Counted from the first letter of the stretch, positions 47,858 to 55,759 are shown. The stretch: DNA of 64,000 nucleotides from a virus (IMGVR_UViG_3300046662_000041:1-64000); one strand, 5' to 3'. Numbers and translations are program-made. The notes: generated from the sequence alone by a model not told the origin.

Positions 47858-48562
47858 ATGATAACTTATAAGCGTGACCCCGCCACAGGACAGTACATTA
47901 AGTCGGGCGAGTTTGCAGCGGCAGTTTCCGAAGTCAAAATCAAAATCGATACTGGATCACCATTTGGTTCCTATACCCTAGCCCAGGCCACTGCAATCGT
48001 TGAGGAAGCAATTGCCAAGGGCCTAGTGAAGAAAGACTCCTATTCAATCGTTGGCATGCCGGAGAAAGAGCTGTCCGGTGCAGCGGCCGCAGCGAAGGCC
48101 AAACACGCAGCGAAGGTGGCCAGCGGTGAGATCAAACCCAAAGAGCCGAAAGCGCCAAGAGCGCCACGAGAAAAGAAGGCTCCGAAAGGTTATCAGAAGA
48201 AGGAATTGACCGAGGAAGAGCGACAACGCGTCAACGCCATTCAAGCTGAGAAGAATTTGACCGATGTGAATGAAGCGGTCAAGCTCTTACGCACCGAGCA
48301 ACGCATCGCTCGCTTGGCCGCTGCACGTGCCGCCAATCCAAACAGTCCAGTAGGCAAATCGAAACTGGATCACGAAAAGATCGCACAAATGGCCAAGAAT
48401 GGGCTCACAGTCGGTGCCATCGCAAAGGCTTTCGGTGCATCATATATGGGAATTCGTAACTCATTGCTATCTCACGGGCACGAGCTTCCAGTAGCACCGA
48501 AGAAGCAGAAAACTGCTTCACAGGCCCTACAAGCGACGGAGGTGACACCGCAGGCCTCCTAG
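47858..48562 (+). CDS. Lys/Ala-rich protein with C-terminal HTH (SYMG paralog 2)
   Basis: TVGAIAKAFGASYMGIRNSL; TTGACA-N17-GAGGAT promoter at 47822-47850 suggests a leaderless start at 47858. Confidence 0.75.
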   Translation: MITYKRDPATGQYIKSGEFAAAVSEVKIKIDTGSPFGSYTLAQATAIVEEAIAKGLVKKDSYSIVGMPEKELSGAAAAAKAKHAAKVASGEIKPKEPKAPRAPREKKAPKGYQKKELTEEERQRVNAIQAEKNLTDVNEAVKLLRTEQRIARLAAARAANPNSPVGKSKLDHEKIAQMAKNGLTVGAIAKAFGASYMGIRNSLLSHGHELPVAPKKQKTASQALQATEVTPQAS

Positions 48563-48660
48563 GCCTGGCCGCCCAAAATCGCGTGTCAAAGTCCTGTTTT
48601 ATCAGTAAGTTACAGGCCCAGTTTTGTGCAGTAGGACGTAAAATCTGAAAAGGAGATCCT

Positions 48661-49251
48661 ATGGCATTTACCGAAGCACAAGAAGCGAGGATCGCCGCGA
48701 TCATGTCCGAGCGTGGAATTGCACGCAAGGCCGCGCTGAAAGTTCTCAACGCGGAAAACAAGGCCGCTGCGACCCAGAATATGGCCACGGAGGATGACAT
48801 CGCTGCAAAAGTGGCGAATGTCAAAGCCGTGCAAGCTACACTCAAACTAGCGAAGGATGAGCTCAAGGCCGCGCGGGCGGCAGTGAAAGTCTCAGCCATT
48901 GCTAATAAAGAAGCCATCCTGGCCGAAAAAGCAAAAGCTAAAGCGGACAAGAAGGCTGTACGTGAGCAAAAGAAGGCTGTCGCACAGGTCGAGAAAGCGG
49001 CCGCCAAAGAACAGCGGGCCAAAGCTCGAGCCGAAGCGAAGGTGAAGAAGGCCGCCGAGAAGGCTGCACAACCAAAGAAGCAGCGTGAGTCCAAACTGCC
49101 CGTGGAGCAGATCACGACGCTCTATAAGGCAGGGAAGACGATCGGAGCTATTTCGAAAGAGACTGGGTCAAGTTACATGGGCATCCGCCTCTTCTTGATC
49201 CGGACCAAGCTCTTCGGCACGGTAGCAGCGCCGGCAAAAGTCGCAGCGTAG
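48661..49251 (+). CDS. histone-H1-like Lys/Ala-rich protein with C-terminal HTH (SYMG paralog 3)
   Basis: K/A/E-rich helix; TIGAISKETGSSYMGIRLFL; AAGGAG RBS; ends KVAA. Confidence 0.8.
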   Translation: MAFTEAQEARIAAIMSERGIARKAALKVLNAENKAAATQNMATEDDIAAKVANVKAVQATLKLAKDELKAARAAVKVSAIANKEAILAEKAKAKADKKAVREQKKAVAQVEKAAAKEQRAKARAEAKVKKAAEKAAQPKKQRESKLPVEQITTLYKAGKTIGAISKETGSSYMGIRLFLIRTKLFGTVAAPAKVAA

Positions 49252-49286
49252 GCCAGGCAACACAAATCTAAACGAGAAGGAGAAAG

Positions 49287-49460
49287 ATGATGGCGAAAGC
49301 AAAAGGACACAAAGCAACTGGCAAGAGCATCAATCATGGCCGCGTTGTCAAGCTTTACAAGAAGCTTGGCAAATCGATCAGTGCCGTGGCCAAGCGTATC
49401 GGCGCGTCCTACATGGGCGTCCGCCGCGTGCTGGTCATCGAAGGCACGATCAAAGGATAA
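49287..49460 (+). CDS. minimal HTH protein (SYMG paralog 4), not in ORF track
   Basis: Manual translation MMAKAKGHKATGKSINHGRVVKLYKKLGKSISAVAKRIGASYMGVRRVLVIEGTIKG; AAGGAG RBS. Confidence 0.85.
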   Translation: MMAKAKGHKATGKSINHGRVVKLYKKLGKSISAVAKRIGASYMGVRRVLVIEGTIKG

Positions 49461-49554
49461 AGTGCTTGCTAGTTCCTGAGGAATTAGCTGGTGGAGGCGG
49501 GCAGTACGTAACAGCATGAGGAGTCGTGCTGCCCCACATTTTCCGAGGTGATTT

Positions 49555-49950
49555 ATGGCATTTGATCCACGGCATCCGAATGACCCAGAAAACGAATTGC
49601 GCTACTCCGAAGATCAGCCACGTGACGAGAAGGGGCGCTTCGGATCCGGCGGATCTGCTGCCGAAAAAGCTAACAGTGTGAATGAGCATGAGGCTGCTAC
49701 GAAACATCACATGAAAATGGCCAACAAAGAAGAAGCAAAGGCCAACGAAGCCGAAAGCAAAGGCATGCACGGCGCGGCAGCCTCGCATAAGCAGGCCGCG
49801 GATGCACATATTGTTGCAGCAAGTAAACATGCCGAAGCAGCGGACATGCACAGATCCCTAACACCGTTTTCAGGAAAAGGATCAGTGGATGCGGCAAACG
49901 CGCACAGTGCTTATGCTCGCAATGCATCTCAGGCTGCTAACGCGAAATAA
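49555..49950 (+). CDS. His/Ala-rich helical protein with RYSEDQPRDEKGRFG motif
   Basis: GAGGTG RBS; motif shared with gene 2618-3541; repeated HxxAAxxH. Confidence 0.75.
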   Translation: MAFDPRHPNDPENELRYSEDQPRDEKGRFGSGGSAAEKANSVNEHEAATKHHMKMANKEEAKANEAESKGMHGAAASHKQAADAHIVAASKHAEAADMHRSLTPFSGKGSVDAANAHSAYARNASQAANAK

Positions 49951-49954
49951 CAAG

Positions 49955-50410
49955 TTTCGGTGCAACGATTAGCGGTTCCTAGGAGCAATCCTTTTGATAC
50001 TGGGAAAGCAACTCCATCTCGCCAGGATAGGGAACACGCCGTCAGAATGCCTGGATGCATCGATTAACGCACGTAAATGTCCTATGGTCGCTCAACCGGA
50101 CACGGGTGCAAATCCCGTCGGCTCCACCAACTTGCTTCCGCGTCAGATGAGCCGAAACTACTCTACGGAGAGACGGTCGCTGGCGGGAGCAAGACTGCGG
50201 GGCCGAACTAGATTCGACGGGTGAGATCGATGGTAGGAAGCTCGTGCCGACAATGGCCACCGTCGCTAATCGTGGACCAAACAATAAAAGCGAAGCGAAT
50301 GCTCGCGAAGGTGATCGCGTTTGTCGAGGCTCCGGTGCGCTCATACGCCCCGGTCGCAGTGGCAGCGTAAATTGCCGGTGGAGGCTGCCCGAAAAGGTGG
50401 CCTCCGCACT
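49955..50410 (+). ncRNA. ssrA: circularly permuted (two-piece) tmRNA
   Basis: Acceptor piece ends CGGCTCCACCA at 50129; coding piece starts GGGGCCG at 50199; G3.U70 pair; helix 2 pairing, pseudoknot 1 and tag ORF 50290-50370; outer ends approximate. Confidence 0.92.
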
Positions 50411-50415
50411 TCTTG
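50378..50415 (+). terminator. terminator-like hairpin ending the tmRNA coding piece
   Basis: GTGGAGGCTGCC-CGAAAA-GGTGGCCTCCGC followed by ACTTCTT. Confidence 0.6.
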
Positions 50416-50434
50416 TCAAGTAAATACACAAAAC

Positions 50435-50463
50435 TTGACATAATGCTTGTGATTCTGGATGAT
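50435..50463 (+). promoter_or_regulatory. sigma70-type promoter of the nitrilase-polA operon
   Basis: TTGACA-N17-GATGAT; implies a leaderless start at ATG 50471. Confidence 0.6.
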
Positions 50464-50470
50464 CCCTCCT

Positions 50471-51541
50471 ATGCCTACCGTGAGAGTTGCTAGCTCCATC
50501 CCTCGACAGTTTTGGATGCAATCAGAGAAATTGGCTTGGCTCGACACCGCTATTGCAGCTAACTCTTGCGATCTGTTTCTAACATCGCAAGAATTCGTTG
50601 GCGGCGGTTCGTGTCAGGATTTGTGTCGCCGCAAAGGCTGGCAAACTGATGACGTGCCTGTGACTCCTGCCTGGCTTAGTGAGCATGTCGGCGGCCTCTG
50701 CCAGAAGCATAATGTCCACATCGGTTTCGGTGCCACCGTCAGCCGTGAAGGCATCAACACAGAAGATTATCTTTACTTCGATCCGACAGGAGAGCTGCTA
50801 GGATATCATTCAAAGATAGCACTTCCTGTCCAGGATAGCATCATCAATAATGGTGCATCACAGGTTACTCCGGAGACAAATTTCGAGCGGGCCACCAGCA
50901 TTGTCGAGATTCCAGCACTCGGCCTGCGCGTCGGCACCGTCTTCTGCTGGCAGATTTTCTTTTCCGATTTCTTCACAGAGGTCAAGCGCAACCGTCCCAA
51001 CCTGCTAGTCAACTGCATTAAATTTGCTCCACGAGCATGGTATCAGAAGGATGTGGACCCTGCAGGCCGAAATATACGGAGTGGTTTCTCGCAGGAGACA
51101 GGTAGTAGCAAGCCAGAAGACGATGCCCTCGGCTGGATTGACAAGCTCCGTTTCGAATCTCGGTACAAGGAATTCCCTATAGCAGTCACGTGCAATACGT
51201 GGTCAGCAGGGGCAAAATACCTGGCTCTGGTTGGCTGGGTGGATGAGGTCACGAAACACACGCACCTCGAGAATCTTCCGTCGGTGGCAGAAGCAGAACG
51301 CGTGATTGTGACGGAGTTCGATCCCAGCCTTTATGCCGAGCTTGAGCACTTGAGCTTGGGTGTATATGCGCGTTTCAAAGGCGATTGGGCAGCTTTAATG
51401 CAAGGCACAATGCGGCGAAAGGCTATCAGGATTGAGCAGCGTTGCCGGAGTGGTAAGACTGCCGAGCAGCTCGCCAAGTACCGTGCCAAACCGAAGCCAG
51501 CTAAATCTGTAGAGACACTTCAGCCAGGGATTTTTGACTAA
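50471..51541 (+). CDS. carbon-nitrogen hydrolase (nitrilase superfamily)
   Basis: CDLFLTSQEF (Glu), YFDPTGELLGYHSKI (Lys), RVGTVFCWQIFF (Cys) give the E-K-C triad pattern. Confidence 0.75.
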   Translation: MPTVRVASSIPRQFWMQSEKLAWLDTAIAANSCDLFLTSQEFVGGGSCQDLCRRKGWQTDDVPVTPAWLSEHVGGLCQKHNVHIGFGATVSREGINTEDYLYFDPTGELLGYHSKIALPVQDSIINNGASQVTPETNFERATSIVEIPALGLRVGTVFCWQIFFSDFFTEVKRNRPNLLVNCIKFAPRAWYQKDVDPAGRNIRSGFSQETGSSKPEDDALGWIDKLRFESRYKEFPIAVTCNTWSAGAKYLALVGWVDEVTKHTHLENLPSVAEAERVIVTEFDPSLYAELEHLSLGVYARFKGDWAALMQGTMRRKAIRIEQRCRSGKTAEQLAKYRAKPKPAKSVETLQPGIFD

Positions 51542-53628
51542 TGCCACAAGAAGCTTTCTTCTCCGCTAGTGAGATGGCCGAGATGTCTAGCGGTTTGTGT
51601 CCTCCTGCCCCTAAGGATTATCACCTCCCGACGTCATTCCCGTGTCTCATCAAAGCCGCACGCATCTGCTACGATATAGAGACCTTCGATCCAAACATTG
51701 GCAAGAAGGGCGCCGGCACCTACCGTAAGGATGGCAAGATCATCGGCGCAGCGATCGCGGCCTGGGACCATAACGACGTCTTGATGCATGCCGAGTATTA
51801 TCCTGTCGCCCATCGCAGCGGACCAAATCTTGATGAGGATAATGTCTTCAGTTACTTTGCAAACCAGATGGCTTTCTTCGAAGGCGAGCTGATCGGTACT
51901 AACTTACTGTATGATATGGACTGGAGCAGCTCCAAGAAAATCAAGGCTCCTTTTGCAAAATTTCGTGATGTCCAGTTTGCTGAAGCACTCATCGACGAGC
52001 TCGCCTTCAATTACAAGCTAGAGACGCTCAGCCAGAAGTATCTCGGTCACGGTAAAGTCAAAGATCATTTCGCTCTCTTGTACGGCCCTGACTACATTCA
52101 GCGCTTCCACGAAGTGCATCCTGGGCATGCCCGATTGTATGGACTCGGTGATGTCTTCCAGCCTAAAGAAATTCTTGACCTACAGTACCGTGAACTTGGC
52201 CGGCTCGGCATGCTAGATCTCTTCAATCTCGAGTGTCGGCTGATGCCACTGCTCTTGTATATGAAAGAGCAAGGCGTCCGTATCGATATGAAGCGGGCGA
52301 TGGAGATCAAGAACATCCTTGAGGAGAAACGTGCTGCGTGTTTGAAGGCTGCTTCCAAACTGGCTGGCGTTGAGCTCACGGTCGAAAATATGGGCAGTCC
52401 GAAGCTGCTAGCCTACATCTTTGAGAAACAGGGTATCATTATTGCCAAAGCCAAGAAGGGTGGCATCAGCATCACAGGCAAATGGCTGCATCATCTCTGT
52501 ATGTGCAAGAAGAAGGATGCCGAAGGAAACCTCATCGATAACCAGGATTGCGGCCACTTAGGCAGGCTGCTTGAATCTGCGAATAAGTATGACAAAGCAA
52601 AAGAAGTCTTTGTTGATAGTTACATGTTTGACTTCGCTGTAGATGGGCGGATCCATGCTGACTTCCACCCGTTGCGGAAGGCGGATGATGATGATGACTC
52701 TGGCACAGAGTCCGGCCGCTTCAGTTGCTCACATCCTAATCTTCAAAACATCCCGACAAGAGATGAAGAAATCGGACCGATGTGCCGCTCTTTGTTTATC
52801 CCCGAGGAAGGGGCAGAATGGTGGGCAATAGATTACTCACAGATTGAGTATCGCTTTCTGGCACATAGAGCACTTTGCTTGAAGCCACTTAAGGGTGACG
52901 GTGATCACGCGCGCCGCAGAAAAGCCGCAATCGAAGCAGCACAGTTAGTCAAAAAGATGTATGAAGAAGATCCAAATACAGACTTCCACGAAGCCGTCAA
53001 ACAGTTGACTGGTCTCAAGCGCAAGGATGCGAAAAACTTCAACTTCAGGCTAGTGTATGGCGGCGGCAAGGTCGGCGCTGCACAAGTCCTAGGCATGCTT
53101 GACAAGGAAGGAAAGCCAACCAAGGAATTTGAGGTTATTTGGGAGACGTATCATGGCAAGGCGCCTTTCATCAAGGAGCTGCTTGATGAGAGCATGGCAC
53201 AGGCGCAAAACGACGGCGAGGTCCGCACGATTCTTAATCGCCGCACTCAGTTCGAATTTTATGAACCGGCTGGCAAGCGTGTACAAAAAGGTGGCTCACT
53301 CCCTTTGGCTCAAGCGATCGAAAAATGGGGCTTCGATCTGCAGCGTGCCAATACCCATAAGGCACTTAACCGCGAACTGCAAGGATCCGCGGCAGATCTT
53401 ATTAAGATGGCGCTTGCTTTGGCTTGGGAGCAAGGTGTCTTTACATCGACAAAAGACTTCACGATTGCTCTGCAGGTCCATGATGAAGGTGATGGAAGCA
53501 AATTTCCAACCAAGCGCGGCGAAGAATGCTATCAAGAACTGAAGCACACAATGGAGAATGCATTGGTCTTGAACGTGCCAATAAAAGCTGAAGGTGGAAT
53601 AGGAAAGAATTGGGCAGAAGCGAAGTAA
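51541..53628 (+). CDS. polA: family A DNA polymerase with 3'-5' exonuclease
   Basis: YDIET, NLLYD, GRFSCSHPNLQNIP, DYSQIEYR, K..NF...YG, QGSAAD, QVHDE. Confidence 0.96.
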   Translation: MPQEAFFSASEMAEMSSGLCPPAPKDYHLPTSFPCLIKAARICYDIETFDPNIGKKGAGTYRKDGKIIGAAIAAWDHNDVLMHAEYYPVAHRSGPNLDEDNVFSYFANQMAFFEGELIGTNLLYDMDWSSSKKIKAPFAKFRDVQFAEALIDELAFNYKLETLSQKYLGHGKVKDHFALLYGPDYIQRFHEVHPGHARLYGLGDVFQPKEILDLQYRELGRLGMLDLFNLECRLMPLLLYMKEQGVRIDMKRAMEIKNILEEKRAACLKAASKLAGVELTVENMGSPKLLAYIFEKQGIIIAKAKKGGISITGKWLHHLCMCKKKDAEGNLIDNQDCGHLGRLLESANKYDKAKEVFVDSYMFDFAVDGRIHADFHPLRKADDDDDSGTESGRFSCSHPNLQNIPTRDEEIGPMCRSLFIPEEGAEWWAIDYSQIEYRFLAHRALCLKPLKGDGDHARRRKAAIEAAQLVKKMYEEDPNTDFHEAVKQLTGLKRKDAKNFNFRLVYGGGKVGAAQVLGMLDKEGKPTKEFEVIWETYHGKAPFIKELLDESMAQAQNDGEVRTILNRRTQFEFYEPAGKRVQKGGSLPLAQAIEKWGFDLQRANTHKALNRELQGSAADLIKMALALAWEQGVFTSTKDFTIALQVHDEGDGSKFPTKRGEECYQELKHTMENALVLNVPIKAEGGIGKNWAEAK

Positions 53629-53630
53629 AT

Positions 53631-54269
53631 TTAATGTACTTCGAAGTAATCTCTATACAATCGATACCGTCTTAGAAATTCAGCCACAGCCAACCCATCC
53701 GGATGGATGCACTCCATCGGCGGGTACTCCCGTTGATACTTCAAGCACAGCTCCTCTGCTTCAGGGTCACGCCGATAAATCTGTTGTAGTGCTTGCGTGC
53801 CCACAGAATATACCTCTCCTCGAAGCGCCCGTCGATCTGCAATTTTAATCTCACGGTGCATTTCTCCAGTCTCTTTCGGGAGCCCAAGATGTTTGATAAT
53901 CGCAATACGGATCTTCTTCTCCATCGCCTCGATTTCGGGTGTCTTGACAGGCTTCGGAAGATCGCCCGTGATGCATTCAGAGGAGTCGTGCAAAAGCCCA
54001 TACAACTTCAGTCGCTTTGGTAGCATATCGCAAACGACAAACGTGTGGAGAACGACCGGCCACCAGCTCATCCCGGCACCTGCATATCGCCCCTCCCGAG
54101 ACAAACTGATAGCGATGTCGTGAATTCCCGGAGCCACGTCAGGGAAAGCGATTCTGCCACTATACGTGTATAGACTCTGCCTGCGCTTTAGCAAGTTCAA
54201 CCTCGAAAAGGAATTCTGCAACGGAGCCGACACGAGGAAGATCAACATGATGGTTATAGGGCTGGTCAA
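53631..54269 (-). CDS. HD-domain 5'-nucleotidase (YfbR/YfdR-like); true start likely ~54200
   Basis: DIAISLSREGRYAG, LH, LLHDSSECITGDLPKPVK, AD. Confidence 0.85.
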   Translation of the reverse strand: MTSPITIMLIFLVSAPLQNSFSRLNLLKRRQSLYTYSGRIAFPDVAPGIHDIAISLSREGRYAGAGMSWWPVVLHTFVVCDMLPKRLKLYGLLHDSSECITGDLPKPVKTPEIEAMEKKIRIAIIKHLGLPKETGEMHREIKIADRRALRGEVYSVGTQALQQIYRRDPEAEELCLKYQREYPPMECIHPDGLAVAEFLRRYRLYRDYFEVH

Positions 54270-54750
54270 GTAGATATGCCTTGTGGCCTAGAATGCCCTG
54301 GCAATCCTGTACCGTGCTCGGTAGATCGTCAAGGCTAAACTGGATTCCTTCGTCAATAATGATCTGACGCTTTTGGCTACTGTGATCAACGACAATGACT
54401 TTGGATAAATCGGGACCGAGACCTTGCTCTATAAGCCAAAGCTGACTTTGAATCACGGTACTTGCGCCGGTAGCAGGCGATCGCGCTGTGATATAATAAA
54501 CATCATCGTCATTGAATCGATCTAGGAAGTTGCGAAGCTCTCCAGCACCTTCGTGTGCCGGCATATGGATCCATGCGTTTTCAAAGCTAAGCATATAGCT
54601 GAATGCTTCGTTCCATTGCTCCTGTGTAATTCCATCCAGGAACGACCACGAAGTGTGCTCAAGCTTCTTGTGAAAGAGTTTCTCAATCATTGCAGAAGCC
54701 GGCGTCGACATGTCAACAAGGACACCATCAAGATCGAAACTGATTTTCAC
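54160..54750 (-). CDS. HAD-family 5'(3')-deoxyribonucleotidase-like
   Basis: FDLDGVLVD, ITAR, K, LDD, PYN. Confidence 0.85.
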   Translation of the reverse strand: MKISFDLDGVLVDMSTPASAMIEKLFHKKLEHTSWSFLDGITQEQWNEAFSYMLSFENAWIHMPAHEGAGELRNFLDRFNDDDVYYITARSPATGASTVIQSQLWLIEQGLGPDLSKVIVVDHSSQKRQIIIDEGIQFSLDDLPSTVQDCQGILGHKAYLLDQPYNHHVDLPRVGSVAEFLFEVELAKAQAESIHV

Positions 54751-55193
54751 AGGATAGCTGCCACTCTTGCAGCCATCTTATAGAGATCTGGGAGCATTGA
54801 AGCCACTATGCTTTTGCTATATGACACATTGCCTTGATCCCATTCGTATGCACATTGCTCTGCATACATGATTGCGTCAAGAATCTCTTGAGCAAAATCC
54901 ACAACAGCATCACGTCCATTGCACGCGCGAAGATAGGTGCCATATTTCGCTCTGCCCATTTCGGCACGTTTGATCAAAGCATTCTTCACAAGATGAATCG
55001 CTTTGGCAAAATCATCTTCAATCTTATTCCGATCATCAAAGGCTCTATTTCCAGCCATAATCATCCGGTCGCAGCGTGCAGTAGCCAAGTGGAGAATGAT
55101 TTGACCTTCACCAACCGGAGCTGGCTCGTGTGTTGCAAGCTTATCCGGAATGTGTTGAGGATCTTGCCCGCCGCGTGCTGCATATTCTGTCAT
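54747..55193 (-). CDS. all-alpha NTP pyrophosphohydrolase-like phage protein
   Basis: RAEMG..KYGT.L...NGRD..VD..QE.LD...Y. Confidence 0.55.
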   Translation of the reverse strand: MTEYAARGGQDPQHIPDKLATHEPAPVGEGQIILHLATARCDRMIMAGNRAFDDRNKIEDDFAKAIHLVKNALIKRAEMGRAKYGTYLRACNGRDAVVDFAQEILDAIMYAEQCAYEWDQGNVSYSKSIVASMLPDLYKMAARVAAIL

Positions 55194-55759
55194 GGCATCT
55201 CCGTATCAAGAATATAGTTGAAAATTGCTTCGGCAGTGTACTCAAGCAGAAGCCCCTTGCCCGTTATGTTCGTGAGATAGTAATCGGCTGGCCAGTGATC
55301 TAAAGCCGTCTCAGTGATATGATTTGGGTCACGCGTCACGCTGATGAATGGTGAACCGTCAACGTTCAGGCGATTAAGCCGGATGATGTGGCCACCTTTT
55401 TCACGGAGTGCTGTGCCTTCTTGAGGGAAACGGATATTGGGTGTGATAATGACATCAAACTCCGAATGCTCGTCAATGTACTTCACGACCTTATTCGACC
55501 AATAATTCTTGTCGACGGTATCCCGCATCCTGGACCCCTCGAAGACCAGGACACGGACCTGCTCATCGGTGCATTGCTCTCGTGTGATATCAGGCTGGAT
55601 CATTCCAAGAGCTTGGCAATGAGCAAGGATCATCTTGCTAATCTCGACGATCTCACATTTGAGACCCTTGGCTTCGGCGGCTTCCTTCATAATACGTGAA
55701 GTGGCTGTCTTGCCTGCTTCTGCCTTGCCAGAAAGACCGATTACGATTGGGTGGTGCAT
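55190..55759 (-). CDS. deoxynucleoside monophosphate kinase-like
   Basis: GLSGKAEAGKT, RFPQE, HITETALD. Confidence 0.85.
   Translation of the reverse strand: MHHPIVIGLSGKAEAGKTATSRIMKEAAEAKGLKCEIVEISKMILAHCQALGMIQPDITREQCTDEQVRVLVFEGSRMRDTVDKNYWSNKVVKYIDEHSEFDVIITPNIRFPQEGTALREKGGHIIRLNRLNVDGSPFISVTRDPNHITETALDHWPADYYLTNITGKGLLLEYTAEAIFNYILDTEMP

Noticed and set aside
50096-50129. tRNA-Ala gene or attP-like tRNA 3' fragment
   Set aside because: No anticodon arm; it pairs with the downstream GGGGCCG piece and tag ORF, so it is the tmRNA acceptor half. No integrase is in the window.
50143-50158. Hammerhead-like CAGATGAG...GAAAC in the tmRNA spacer (similar words at ~6485-6512)
   Set aside because: The core is CAGAUGA rather than CUGAUGA, and I could not build the three required stems.
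49994-50521. ORFs 49994-50224 (+), 50042-50521 (-) and 50208-50441 (-)
   Set aside because: They overlap the tmRNA, lack a clear RBS or motifs, and are likely spurious.
53631-55193. 2-aminoadenine (Z-genome) pathway suggested by HD and MazG-like genes beside polA
   Set aside because: No PurZ/PurA homolog in the window, and these hydrolases are common in ordinary phages.
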